DNA from: Promethearchaeota archaeon
Lineage (GTDB): Archaea > Asgardarchaeota > Hermodarchaeia > Hermodarchaeales > Hermodarchaeaceae
DNA length: 64,000 nucleotides
Direction of reading: 5' to 3'
Assembly (NCBI GenBank): GCA_048938385.1
Contig: JBHLMG010000012.1
Span: 1-64,000 of the forward strand
The notes under the pieces were generated by a model. The model was given only the letters and a program-made list of their open reading frames with translations. It was not told the DNA's origin and made no database searches. The position numbers and the translations under genes were made by a program. This document shows, piece after piece, positions 1 to 10,342 of the stretch. The stretch's first letter is position 1; each line of letters opens with the position of its first letter.

Positions 1-14
1 TTGTTTCCCCGCTT

Positions 15-944
15 TTAAACTCCTGACGCTTCGATAATCCGTGGAATCAGCTCTTCCCACTTAACCGCCATCACATGGCAACCAGCTGCATGCGTAGTCT
101 TCCGTAACTCCCGCAGAAACTCCCCAAAGTATTCCACATTGTATTCGGCAATTTCTTGCTTCCTTTTTGGCTTGTCCTCAATTGCTTGCAGTTCTTTCAA
201 TCGCTGAAGAAGATCGGGTGGTATTGATACACCAGGTACGAAATCATCCATCCACTTACCGATCTTATACGATTTTAAAGGGAAGATGCCAATGAGGGTG
301 GGTACTTTGATGTGTTTGATGGCTTGCATGAATGTTTTGGCACTTTCGATGTCGAACACGACCTGGGTTTGAGCGAACTCCGCGCCGATGGCTTCTTTGC
401 GTTCGAGCTTGAGAATTTCTGGTTCGAGGGGGACGGCGCCGGGATTGATAGCAACACCAACATGGAATTTAGGGGGGTGTTGGATTTCGTGGCCGTTGAG
501 GTCAACACCTTCATCCGTGATTTTCCGAATGAGGGCGGTAAGGCTGGCGGAATCCAAATCGAAGACGGGTTTGGCTTCGGGTTGATCTCCGAGGCTGGGG
601 TGGTCACCGGTTAGGGCGAGGATGTTCGTGATGCCTAAGGCCCCTGCTGCGAGTAAATCGGCGAACATAGCCAGGCGGTTGCGGTCACGGCAGGTCATCT
701 GGCACACTGCCTCTAACCCGGCTTTTTCTTGAATCATGTAGGAGGGGGCCAGGGAGTTCATGTAGGCAAAGCTTTGGGGGATGTCGGTGACATTGGCTGC
801 GACGACATGACCGACTAATTTTTTTGCGCCTTCGATGACTTCTTCCATGTCACCGATTTTTTCAGGCTCCAATTCACCGGTGTAAACGAATTTTTTGGCG
901 TGAATTTCTTCCATAAGTTTACTGTATGCTTCATGTTTTGCCAT
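15..944 (-). CDS. metF: Methylenetetrahydrofolate reductase MetF (MetV-associated type)
   Basis: Motifs NVTD, QMTCRDRNR, ILALTGDH, FAQTQ, HVMA; directly downstream of metV. Confidence 0.92.
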   Translation of the reverse strand: MAKHEAYSKLMEEIHAKKFVYTGELEPEKIGDMEEVIEGAKKLVGHVVAANVTDIPQSFAYMNSLAPSYMIQEKAGLEAVCQMTCRDRNRLAMFADLLAAGALGITNILALTGDHPSLGDQPEAKPVFDLDSASLTALIRKITDEGVDLNGHEIQHPPKFHVGVAINPGAVPLEPEILKLERKEAIGAEFAQTQVVFDIESAKTFMQAIKHIKVPTLIGIFPLKSYKIGKWMDDFVPGVSIPPDLLQRLKELQAIEDKPKRKQEIAEYNVEYFGEFLRELRKTTHAAGCHVMAVKWEELIPRIIEASGV

Positions 945-956
945 GCTCTGAACCTC

Positions 957-1625
957 CTAGATTTCCAGTTTTCGTGGGGATTGGGCAACCCGCCAGTCGC
1001 GCGGTTCGCGGTATTTCCGGTATAGATCCAATCGCCCGAGGGTCTTTAGGCGATCGTAGATGAGGTACCAGGCACAATCGTTCTTGTAATCGCCAACTTC
1101 ACACTTCCCGTTCAACATGCCACCGCAGGGGCCGTTCACCAAGGATTTGGGGCATCGGGTCATGGGGCAAATACCTCCGGTTTCGTTCAAAAGGCAGTCG
1201 CCACACCCGCTGCAATACTCGAAGAAGTGACCAAGCTCTCGATCTTTTCCACCCATACCATAAGTGTCTACAGCCGTGAAGACCTTCATGTCTGGGAAGA
1301 CATCAACTAGCGTTTGTGGGCCGACGCCACAGGCAAGTGAAACCATGGCATCCACCTTTTCTAGTTGAGGTTGAAGGGTTGTGGCCACTAACTGCCGATC
1401 ACATTGGCGTAACACGATGGTATGTCGAACTTCCCCGGGTTCGTTGTTTAGCTTTCGGTGCATTCGGATCAGGGTGGCTAGGGTCTCAGCTTGTTTAATG
1501 CCGCCAACCATGTAGATTCCTGAGCACCCATCACAACCAACAATCAGGATGTTTTCGATACCTTTGATGGTTTGGAGGATTTTTTCCAAAGGCATTTGTT
1601 TGGGGATAATCACTTGATTCACCAA
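957..1625 (-). CDS. metV: MetV, Zn/Fe-S subunit of methylene-THF reductase
   Basis: VGCDGC, RQCD, SLACGVG, CSGCGDCLL..TGGICPMTRCPKSLVNGPCGG..CEV..DCAW; start may be the GTG at 1613. Confidence 0.9.
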   Translation of the reverse strand: MVNQVIIPKQMPLEKILQTIKGIENILIVGCDGCSGIYMVGGIKQAETLATLIRMHRKLNNEPGEVRHTIVLRQCDRQLVATTLQPQLEKVDAMVSLACGVGPQTLVDVFPDMKVFTAVDTYGMGGKDRELGHFFEYCSGCGDCLLNETGGICPMTRCPKSLVNGPCGGMLNGKCEVGDYKNDCAWYLIYDRLKTLGRLDLYRKYREPRDWRVAQSPRKLEI

Positions 1626-1716
1626 AAAGTGCTGAAATCGATTTGGACTAGCGACTATATCGTATAGATTTTGGCTATATACGAATTATCCTCCTTCAGT
1701 AAAATCTCAAGAGGGG

Positions 1717-2082
1717 CTAGTGGTCATGGAGGATGTCTTCTATAGTTTTAATGAGGTAGGTGAACCTAACGGGTTTAATTAGAAAAGAAATGGCGCCTGC
1801 TTGGAGGGCTAAATCACGGGCTGTTTCATCTGCGCTTAGGAAGATGATTTTGCTCGTGGGATCAATTTGAGTGATTTCGCGTGTAGCCGATACTCCATCT
1901 TTGATGGGCATGCGGTAATCCATTATCAGGATGTCGGGTCGCGGATTGAGCTGGTTGAATATAGTCACAGCCTGCGCGCCATCGTAAGCGTTTGCAATCA
2001 CTGTGAACCCTTTCATCGAGAAAAGGGACTGGTACGCCCGGTGAAGATTTTCGTCGTCATCGACGATGAAGATTGAAGTCAC
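1717..2082 (-). CDS. Single-domain CheY-like response regulator
   Basis: IVDDD, MDYRMP, SAD, KP motifs. Confidence 0.9.
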   Translation of the reverse strand: MTSIFIVDDDENLHRAYQSLFSMKGFTVIANAYDGAQAVTIFNQLNPRPDILIMDYRMPIKDGVSATREITQIDPTSKIIFLSADETARDLALQAGAISFLIKPVRFTYLIKTIEDILHDH

Positions 2083-2097
2083 TCTACATCTCCCGTG

Positions 2098-3567
2098 TTA
2101 ATTTCTCCTCAAAGGAAGCGTCAATATGAAATTGGCTCCTTTGGTATGGTCACCTTCCACTCGATTCGCTACTTCAACTTCTCCTCCATACCGTTGAAGA
2201 ATTCGGGTTACTAGCGTTAACCCAATTCCTGAACCTTTCACTCCAGAAATCCGTGAAGCTAATCGTGAGAAGATTCGCGGCTTTTCACTATCGGGGATTC
2301 CTGGACCCTGGTCCATTATCTGAATTTTTAGAAAGCTTTTATCCGGACTTGTGGATGCGCGAACATCAATCGTTACACGATCAGAGCGGTCATATTTTGA
2401 AGCGTTGTGGAGCATGTTGAAGAATAGGTCCGTGAGGAAATTATCAGCTTGCACGAAATGTTGCTGCTTTTTTACATTGGTCGTAACCAGTAAGGTCTTT
2501 TCAGGAAACGCGAGTTTTGTAGCTTGGATGGCGGACTCTAACGGCTCAAAGATATCCATTCGTTTAAGCTGAATGGGTTCAAAGTCAATACGCTGAAACC
2601 GCTTTACATTATCAATAAGGCCTGCACTTCTCTCAACCTGATTTAGTGCCCCTTGTAGGCGTTCTATTAGTGTTTCTGGAAAACTCGGGTCATGCTGTAA
2701 TATTTCTAACGCAGACATTATGCCCTGGTTGATGTTGTTTAGGTCATGTGCCATCAAATCTACCAAGAATTCTGCAAGATTCCGGGCCCGCTGCATCTCC
2801 TCCTCCGTTTCTTTACGAGCGGTGATATCACGAGCCACACCCTGTAAAGCGACAAGTGCGCCGTCCTCATCATAAATGGGGGTGCTCTTTAGTTCGGTCC
2901 AAATGACTTTTCCATCTTTGCAGACCCAACGGATTTCGTTTGGGCCAGTAACAGATCTAGGGTCTTCATGGCTCCTTAAAAGGGCAGCTTGATCCTTTGG
3001 GTGAACTATTTTAAAAACTAATTCTGGCTTGGCATAGAATTCGTCGGGAGAATACCCTGTCATGGTTTCGACAGCGGGACTCACATAATCGAATTTTGGT
3101 TTGGGTACAAAAGAGTAGAGGTAAATTGCCTCTTGGGCGTTTTCAGCTAATAAGCGAAATAACGCCTCGCTCGCTTGAAGCTTTTCTACCGCCCTCTGAT
3201 GTTCGGTGATATCTATGCCAATACCAACGATTTCTTTCAGGTTCCTTTCATCGTCGTAAAGGAGGGCATTACGCCACCGAGCTACTCGGAGTTCGCCGGT
3301 TTTTGTTTTCCATCGCGCGACTGGCGGGTATTCTGGGGGTTTCCCCTCCTTTAACTGTTTGAACCATTTTTTCATCTTTGCACGATCCTCTTCAGGGATG
3401 AACAAAGAAAAAACAGATTTCCCCACAACCTCTTTTTGAGAATAACCTGTGACTTCCTCACACACGCGATTAAACAGCGTGATGTAGCCACGGAGGTTCA
3501 TGCTGACGATTAACGCATCCGCTGTTTCTACAAGCTGTTCAAATCGGTCTTTAGGTCCTTTTTGCAC
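2098..3567 (-). CDS. PAS-PAS sensor histidine kinase
   Basis: Two PAS/PAC repeats, H-box MAHDLNN, NASKY, DQGPGI, GSGIGL. Confidence 0.92.
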   Translation of the reverse strand: MQKGPKDRFEQLVETADALIVSMNLRGYITLFNRVCEEVTGYSQKEVVGKSVFSLFIPEEDRAKMKKWFKQLKEGKPPEYPPVARWKTKTGELRVARWRNALLYDDERNLKEIVGIGIDITEHQRAVEKLQASEALFRLLAENAQEAIYLYSFVPKPKFDYVSPAVETMTGYSPDEFYAKPELVFKIVHPKDQAALLRSHEDPRSVTGPNEIRWVCKDGKVIWTELKSTPIYDEDGALVALQGVARDITARKETEEEMQRARNLAEFLVDLMAHDLNNINQGIMSALEILQHDPSFPETLIERLQGALNQVERSAGLIDNVKRFQRIDFEPIQLKRMDIFEPLESAIQATKLAFPEKTLLVTTNVKKQQHFVQADNFLTDLFFNMLHNASKYDRSDRVTIDVRASTSPDKSFLKIQIMDQGPGIPDSEKPRIFSRLASRISGVKGSGIGLTLVTRILQRYGGEVEVANRVEGDHTKGANFILTLPLRRN

Positions 3568-3716
3568 TATATTGATGCCCCCATTCCTTTATTCTAGTGG
3601 GAAAAGTGAATTGAATTAAAATCCTATTTCCCATAGCTGGAGTTAATAGTCAGACTATGGTTTTTTAACTCATTAAGTCTTTTCAGGAAGTGCCTGCTGG
3701 GTTCAATGGTTAAGAT

Positions 3717-4523
3717 TTACACGAGGTCTTCTAGCAAGGATCGAATCAGATTGTCAACCGCAAAGCGATTTTCGGTGTTCGGAAGATACCAGGGTTCAGG
3801 AAATCCTAACTCCTCCTTGATTTCCGGAATTGCCTTTCCTTCTTCAGCGAATTGTCTAACCTGCTGTTGGAGATTCACCAAGAAATTAATGCGGGTTTCA
3901 ATATGGTGTTGAGGATTTACAATTGGTCCCCGATGTCCATCAAACAAAACCTTCACTTTCATATTCAAAATTTCCTTCATTCGTGTAATCATCTTGGGAA
4001 TGTTCTCTTCTGGCATCGCCATTTGCTTACGCGAAGGTAGAGGAACGGCATCTGCTGAAAAGAGCCACTGCTGTTCTGGCTCCCAAAATCCAATCATCTC
4101 CTCACAGTGCCCTGACAAGTCCATGACCTCAAACTGATAGTTTTCCACTAAAATCAGAGAATCCTTGAATGCTTTAGCCTGCTTAACTGGGGAGGGTTGT
4201 CCCCATACAAACCGGAAAAATTCCGGTAGGGCATATGGCTTGTTCAGCGACTGCAAAGTCACAGGTCCAGCAAACACCTCGGCCTCTGGAAGAAAGGCAG
4301 TACAACCCCCAAAGTGATCCTCGTGATTATGGGTGACTATTACCTGGCTCACCCTATACCTCGTTTTATACCTTCGCAATTCATTGATAGCGTTCGCACA
4401 TCCCGCATCAAAGAGGACATTTCCCACTTGATATGCGTATACCCACATAATCGCCTGATCGCCCAAGGGCGAAGCTGTTTTGATACATGTCACTACATCC
4501 TCAAATCGGGTTATTTCTATCAT
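3717..4523 (-). CDS. Metallo-beta-lactamase-fold hydrolase
   Basis: THNHEDH, GH, SAD, DGH motifs. Confidence 0.88.
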   Translation of the reverse strand: MIEITRFEDVVTCIKTASPLGDQAIMWVYAYQVGNVLFDAGCANAINELRRYKTRYRVSQVIVTHNHEDHFGGCTAFLPEAEVFAGPVTLQSLNKPYALPEFFRFVWGQPSPVKQAKAFKDSLILVENYQFEVMDLSGHCEEMIGFWEPEQQWLFSADAVPLPSRKQMAMPEENIPKMITRMKEILNMKVKVLFDGHRGPIVNPQHHIETRINFLVNLQQQVRQFAEEGKAIPEIKEELGFPEPWYLPNTENRFAVDNLIRSLLEDLV

Positions 4524-4654
4524 AGTCTTACATCCCGCTCACCTCTACACTCTCTAATTTTATATCTAGTCCCTTGTATAGCACTCGTACATGTAATGAG
4601 TATATATGCGGGTTTTGTCACCGCTATCCCATCTTTTACCCTGGGTGCCACATC

Positions 4655-7006
4655 ATGAACATTGGCGTCATTCTTTGCAACTGCGGTGACACCATCAGTG
4701 ATACCCTCGATTATACAGACCTCGCCACTTTCACCCAAACTCTCCCTCAAGTAAAATACACCGACATACGAACTGACTGGTGTCAAAAGGAATCTCTTCA
4801 ATCCCTTACCGAAGCCATTCAAAAACACAAACTCGACCGCCTAGTAATTGCGGCTTGCAGCCCCCACCTCTTTGGCAAACGCTTCCTCCAAGCGGGCGCA
4901 GACGCTAACCTCACTAAGGGCCAAATCGTCTTCGCTAACATTCGTGAACACTGCGCTTGGGTTCATCAAGACGAACCTCAAGGTGCCACAGCAAAGGCTA
5001 AACGCCTAATTCGTTCAGCAGTCTTTCGAGCCGCAGCTCAAAGCCCCATTGCCACTAAAACATACCCCGTAACACAGGAAGTCTTAGTCCTTGGTGCCGG
5101 TATCGCGGGCATTCAGGCTAGCTTAGATCTTGCGAATCGCGGCATCAAGGTGCACCTTGTCGAAAAAGAACCCACCATCGGTGGACACATGGCTGTTCTT
5201 AACAAAACATATCCGACTTTGGATTGTTCAATTTGTATCTTAGGTCCGAAGATGGCTGAGGTCGCGTTGCATCCGAATATTGTGCTGTATCCGCACACGG
5301 AGTTAGTGGCAGCGGAAAATTCAGGTAAGGATTGGGTATTGACGCTTAACAAGAAGCCAACCTATGTGGATTGGGACAAGTGCACGGGGTGTATGCAGTG
5401 TACCGAGAAGTGTCCCACCAAGGTTGATGATGATTGGGCGTGGGGTATTGCTAAACGAAAAGCGATCTACATGCCCTTTTCACAAAGTGTGCCGCGAAAG
5501 GTCACGATTGACGCTGAACATTGTAAAATGATTACGAGTGGAAAATGTGGAGTCTGTGCTAAAATCTGTCCTGCAGAAGCGATTGACTACGAAATGAAAG
5601 AGGAAACAATCAAAGTTCAGGTTGGAAGCGTAATTCTCGCAACGGGATTCGAAGAGTTTGATCCCTCTGTGGTCCCCGAGCTACATTACGCCGAGAATCC
5701 TGATGTCATCACACAGATGCAGTTTATTCGCATGATGGATTCGGTAGGTCCGTTTGGTGGGAAATTAGAAGCTCCTTCAGATGGTAGGAAACCAGAAAAA
5801 ATTGTCATGGTTCAGTGTGTAGGAAGCAGGGATGAAAGGTATAGTTGGCAATGTTCGTCCTATTGTTGTATGGCTGCAATTAAGCACGCCGAACTTGCGA
5901 AGCTAGAATATGATCCCAACCTTGACATTACGATCATCGCGCGTGATATTCGAGCCGGAGGGAAGGGTTTTGAAGAATTCTATGTACGGGCTCGAGATGA
6001 GTATGATATTAAAGTAGTCTACCGTGGCAATGATTTAGAAATCGTTCAAAAAAATGGCAAACCAGCTGTGAAATATTCTGATCCAGATGGTAAGACGAAA
6101 TCGATTACAGCCGATTTAGTCGTACTCTCTTGTGCAATGACACCTTCGTCGGAAACGCAAGATCTCGCCAAGCTCTTCGGTGTTCCTTTGGGGCCTCTAG
6201 GCTTTTACAAGGCACTAGATGAGAAAGTTGCTTTAGCGCGAACTGAGGTGAATGGGGTGTTTCTTGCTGGAACCTGCCACGGTCCTAAGGATATTCCTGA
6301 ATCTGTTGAACTCGCTGGTGCAGCCGCAGAAGAAGCATCAGTATGGCTTGCGACGCAAGCAATTACGAAGGATTTGGACATTGCGGTAGTAGATGAGGAG
6401 TTGTGTAATGGCTGTATGCTATGTGTTCATGCCTGCCCCTCGCAGGCCATTACCTTGGATCCCAAAATCGGCTGTGTGGTGGTCGATGAAGTTCGCTGCC
6501 AATCATGTGGAGAATGCATGGCGATTTGTCCAGTTGGCGCAATTGGACCTCTCAATACTAATCCTAAAGTCATCGATTCTGCACTTGAGGGCTTGTTAGG
6601 AAACAGCATCGAAGGATCCGATTTGATAATTGTTGGGTTTGCGTGTAACGAATGCGTTTATCGCGCCGTCGATGAAACTGGTGAGGAACGGTTACAATAT
6701 CCTGCTGAATTGTGCATTCTAGAGGTTCCCTGTACAGGAAGTATTTCCGCACCAAAAATTCTTCAAACAATCGAAGCAGGGGCTGATGGCGTGCTTCTGT
6801 TTGCTTGTGATTCAAAACTTTGCCACTATGGACGAGGAGCACGGATGGCGAATAACCGTGCTCAAGTGGTACAAAATGTGATAAGACAATCAGGTGGGGA
6901 CCCGAATACCGTCCAGGTTGCGCAATTAATCGGGCGTGATGCGAAAGAATTCGCTGCCATTGCCAGGAAAGCTGTAGCTTCGTTCAAGGGAAGTAAAGGT
7001 GGATAA
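4655..7006 (+). CDS. hdrA: Heterodisulfide reductase subunit A fused to a C-terminal MvhD domain
   Basis: CNCG, ACSP, NIREHC, GAGIAG, KTYPTLDCSIC, QCVGSRD, ferredoxin CxxCxxC motifs; C-terminal FACNEC..VPCTG..CHYGRG (MvhD-like). Start moved to the ATG at 4655. Confidence 0.93.
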   Translation: MNIGVILCNCGDTISDTLDYTDLATFTQTLPQVKYTDIRTDWCQKESLQSLTEAIQKHKLDRLVIAACSPHLFGKRFLQAGADANLTKGQIVFANIREHCAWVHQDEPQGATAKAKRLIRSAVFRAAAQSPIATKTYPVTQEVLVLGAGIAGIQASLDLANRGIKVHLVEKEPTIGGHMAVLNKTYPTLDCSICILGPKMAEVALHPNIVLYPHTELVAAENSGKDWVLTLNKKPTYVDWDKCTGCMQCTEKCPTKVDDDWAWGIAKRKAIYMPFSQSVPRKVTIDAEHCKMITSGKCGVCAKICPAEAIDYEMKEETIKVQVGSVILATGFEEFDPSVVPELHYAENPDVITQMQFIRMMDSVGPFGGKLEAPSDGRKPEKIVMVQCVGSRDERYSWQCSSYCCMAAIKHAELAKLEYDPNLDITIIARDIRAGGKGFEEFYVRARDEYDIKVVYRGNDLEIVQKNGKPAVKYSDPDGKTKSITADLVVLSCAMTPSSETQDLAKLFGVPLGPLGFYKALDEKVALARTEVNGVFLAGTCHGPKDIPESVELAGAAAEEASVWLATQAITKDLDIAVVDEELCNGCMLCVHACPSQAITLDPKIGCVVVDEVRCQSCGECMAICPVGAIGPLNTNPKVIDSALEGLLGNSIEGSDLIIVGFACNECVYRAVDETGEERLQYPAELCILEVPCTGSISAPKILQTIEAGADGVLLFACDSKLCHYGRGARMANNRAQVVQNVIRQSGGDPNTVQVAQLIGRDAKEFAAIARKAVASFKGSKGG

Positions 7007-7008
7007 AA

Positions 7009-8997
7009 ATGACAATCGAAGAGCCCCGAATTGGTGTTTTCGTCTGTAAGTGTGGTACTAACATCGCCAAAGTCGTTGATGTCCCTGCTGTAGCTGAATA
7101 CGCCAAAAACTTGCCCAATGTAGCGTATTCTGGATGGCAATTATTCACATGCTCAGAAGAAGGCCAAAACATCATTAAAAAACATATCAAAAAACACAAA
7201 CTTAATCGAGTCATCGTTGCGTCTTGTAGTCCTAAATTACATGAACCAACTTTTCGCCGAACTGTGATGGAGGCAGGGATCAACCCGTTCTATTTTGAAA
7301 TGGTGAATATTCGCGAACAAGTCTCTTGGGCGCATATGAAACAAAAGGATGAGTACGCTGAAGCAACCGAAAAGGCAAAAGATCTTGTTCGCGCTGGGGT
7401 GTATCGTGCTGCACAACTCGAATCCATTGGTTCCACAACCCAAAAGGTGCCTCCAGTATGTATGGTAATCGGGGCTGGGATAGCAGGAATCGCAGCTACG
7501 ACGCTTCTGGCGGATAATGGGTATGAAGTTCACCTTGTTGAACGAAGTCCCGCGCTCGGTGGAAAATCTGCTCAACTAGGTTTTGTTTTTATGACTGATA
7601 CTTGTGGCGTTTGTGTACCCCCCCGTCACGGCGAAATGGCTCGGAAGTGCTTGTCAAAACGAATTCTCCTTCACGATCCTAAGATCCATGTTTATACTCA
7701 AACCGAGGTTAAGCAATTCAGTGGCTATATCGGTAACTTCCAAGCTCGACTTCATACAAAACCTCGGGGGGTCGATTTTGAAACTTGTACACTGTGCGGC
7801 AAATGCATGCAAGTATGTCCCATTGAAGTCCCTGACGAATTTAATTTTGGATTAGCCAATCGAAAAGCCATCTATTACCCATTTCCTCAAGCTGTTCCAC
7901 GCGCACCAGTGATCGATTTTGACACCTGCACACGATGTGGAAAATGCGAAAAAATCTGTCCAGTCAATGCGATCCATCTTGATGAAAAAGGCAAGGACAC
8001 CAACATCACCGCTGGTACAGTGATTGTGGCTACGGGCTTTGACGACTTCAAACCAGAGGGTTTGTACGGGTTTGGTGAATATCCAAATGTAATTACCCAA
8101 TTTATGCTTGCTCGAATACTTGATCCGATGAGCCCCACAGACGGTCAATTACAACGCATTTCTGACAAAAAACTTCCAAAACATGTTGGAATGATTCAAT
8201 GTGTAGGAAGCCGAGACCCAACCTACTATTCTCACTGCTCTCGAGTTTGCTGCCAAGTCGCTATGAAACATGCGGTCTATATCAAAGAACACTGGCCTGA
8301 AACAGAGGTTACGATGTTCTACAAAGACATTCGATTACAGGGCAAGGAATACGAACGCTACTACCTCGATGCTCAACGGCTAGGTGTGAAATTCCAACGA
8401 GTTGATGTCACTGAGGTCAGCGAAGAAAGTGGTAAAAGTCTGAAATTAGTGACTACCAATCATAATGGCGACAAAGAAGATCTCCAATTAGATCTCTTAG
8501 TTTTATCTGCTGCCATGGTTCCCGCGAGCGGTGCGAAGGAATTAGCCCGCACCCTCAATTTGGAAGTGGATCTACAAGGGTTCTTCCGCGAATACCATCT
8601 AAAACTCGCTCCTGTTGACACAACAACTGATGGAATCTACCTGGCAGGTGCCTGTAGCAGCCCACGCGACATTGCAGAATCCTCCTTCATGGGCGCTGCA
8701 GCCGCCTCTCATGCAGCCATCCCTATGAGTAAAGGCGAAGTCATCGTCGATTTAGCAAAATCCATTGTTGACGAATCTCTTTGTATAGGCTGCGCGAACT
8801 GTTTTGCCGTATGCCCCTATAGTGCCATCTACATGGAAGGCGGCGTCGCCAAAGTCATCGAAGTCGCCTGCAAAGGCTGTGGCATCTGCGTGGTTGAATG
8901 TCCCGCTGAGGCTATCCAACTCCGCCATTACCGCGACAAACAAATCTTCTATCAAATTGATGGACTCTTAGCCAATGTGGGGGTGTCTAGAAAATGA
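7009..8997 (+). CDS. hdrA: Heterodisulfide reductase subunit A (second, variant copy)
   Basis: IGVFVCKCG, SCSPKLHEPTFR, NIREQ, GAGIAG, QCVGSRD, CSRVCC, ferredoxin motifs. Confidence 0.93.
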   Translation: MTIEEPRIGVFVCKCGTNIAKVVDVPAVAEYAKNLPNVAYSGWQLFTCSEEGQNIIKKHIKKHKLNRVIVASCSPKLHEPTFRRTVMEAGINPFYFEMVNIREQVSWAHMKQKDEYAEATEKAKDLVRAGVYRAAQLESIGSTTQKVPPVCMVIGAGIAGIAATTLLADNGYEVHLVERSPALGGKSAQLGFVFMTDTCGVCVPPRHGEMARKCLSKRILLHDPKIHVYTQTEVKQFSGYIGNFQARLHTKPRGVDFETCTLCGKCMQVCPIEVPDEFNFGLANRKAIYYPFPQAVPRAPVIDFDTCTRCGKCEKICPVNAIHLDEKGKDTNITAGTVIVATGFDDFKPEGLYGFGEYPNVITQFMLARILDPMSPTDGQLQRISDKKLPKHVGMIQCVGSRDPTYYSHCSRVCCQVAMKHAVYIKEHWPETEVTMFYKDIRLQGKEYERYYLDAQRLGVKFQRVDVTEVSEESGKSLKLVTTNHNGDKEDLQLDLLVLSAAMVPASGAKELARTLNLEVDLQGFFREYHLKLAPVDTTTDGIYLAGACSSPRDIAESSFMGAAAASHAAIPMSKGEVIVDLAKSIVDESLCIGCANCFAVCPYSAIYMEGGVAKVIEVACKGCGICVVECPAEAIQLRHYRDKQIFYQIDGLLANVGVSRK

Positions 8998-9464
8998 CCG
9001 CTTCGAAACTCAAAGAGAAACCAGCATTACTTTCTGCTGACTTTGAACCTCGAATCGTTAGCTTTTGCTGCCACTATTGCTCCTATGGAGCTGCAGATCT
9101 TGCTGGTACTAGCAAAATGCCCTACCCCATTAATGTGGAAATCATCCGCGTACCCTGCTCTGGTCGAGTCGATCCTCTCCATGTTTTACACGCCTTCGAA
9201 GAAGGAGCGGATGGTGTCATGGTAACTGGATGCCTTAAGGAACAATGCCATTTTGTCACAGGAAACTTGCACGCAGAAAAACGCATGGCAAAACTCGCCA
9301 AAGATCTTGAAACGATCGGCTTTGGTGGACGATTAATATTCGAACTAATGAGCGCAGGAATGGCGGATAAATGGGTAGATACAGCAACATCGTTCTATAA
9401 ACAGATACTCGAACTTGGACCTAATCCCCTCAAGAACACAAAACAAGAGGTGAAATGCGAATGA
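8994..9464 (+). CDS. mvhD: F420-non-reducing hydrogenase [2Fe-2S] subunit D
   Basis: FCCHYCSYGAADLAG, RVPCSGRV, GADGV, CHF. Confidence 0.93.
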   Translation: MTASKLKEKPALLSADFEPRIVSFCCHYCSYGAADLAGTSKMPYPINVEIIRVPCSGRVDPLHVLHAFEEGADGVMVTGCLKEQCHFVTGNLHAEKRMAKLAKDLETIGFGGRLIFELMSAGMADKWVDTATSFYKQILELGPNPLKNTKQEVKCE

Positions 9465-10342
9465 CCGTCAGAATCGCCACCATGGGTATGGCTGGCTGCA
9501 GTGGATGCCACATCGCACTCCTCGACATCGGCGTTAAACTCCTCGAACTGCTCCAAAATGTCGAACTTGTCTATTCGTATCCCATTGTCGATACAAAGAA
9601 CCCAATTCCCCCTAACATTGATGTGGCTCTCATCGAAGGTAGCATTCGAACTGATCACGATAAAGAAATGGCGGAGCAAATGCGCAAACACGCCAAATTT
9701 ATCATCGCGTTCGGTGCCTGTTCCGCTCATGGGGGAGTGAACGGACTAGCAAACGTGTTCGATGCGCAGGAAGGCATCAAATACATCTACCAGAAAACCG
9801 TCCTAATGGCTCAAAAGGGTGTTCCATCAGAACATGTACCCCAAGTGCTACCTGCCGATCTTCGCCTTAGCGATGTTGTAAAAGTGGATTTTGTGCTCCC
9901 TGGGTGTCCACCACATCCTGATGAGATTGCCAGTGTCCTCACAGCTCTCCTTGCCGGAGAAACACCCAAACTCTCAGCAAAAAGCGTCTGTGATGAATGT
10001 CCCCTAGAACGGCTCACAGAGGCTCCCCAGCAACTCCGACGCACCCACGAAATCCCTGAACCCAAGAAGTGCCTTCTTTCTCAGGGTTTTCTGTGTATGG
10101 GACCAGCCACGCGCGCTGGTTGCAACGCAGAATGCACTCGCCGGAGTATGCCATGTACAGGCTGCCGAGGTCCTTCCGAAACGGTCTGGGACCAAGGAGT
10201 TGCCATGCTGGATGCTCTGGCAGCAATGCAAGAAGGTGAAGTCACTAACTTCAAGCTACCCCGCCTTGCCAGCACCTTTGCCCGCTACACCTACGCCTCT
10301 TCAAAACTCGATAATATTCGAAAGGGAGGAACGCAAAAATGA
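9461..10342 (+). CDS. mvhG: Group 3c [NiFe] hydrogenase small subunit
   Basis: GCSGC, EGSI, FGAC, LPGCPP, VCDEC, CMGPATRAGC, CTGCRGP; ATGA overlap with the mvhD stop. Confidence 0.92.
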   Translation: MTVRIATMGMAGCSGCHIALLDIGVKLLELLQNVELVYSYPIVDTKNPIPPNIDVALIEGSIRTDHDKEMAEQMRKHAKFIIAFGACSAHGGVNGLANVFDAQEGIKYIYQKTVLMAQKGVPSEHVPQVLPADLRLSDVVKVDFVLPGCPPHPDEIASVLTALLAGETPKLSAKSVCDECPLERLTEAPQQLRRTHEIPEPKKCLLSQGFLCMGPATRAGCNAECTRRSMPCTGCRGPSETVWDQGVAMLDALAAMQEGEVTNFKLPRLASTFARYTYASSKLDNIRKGGTQK

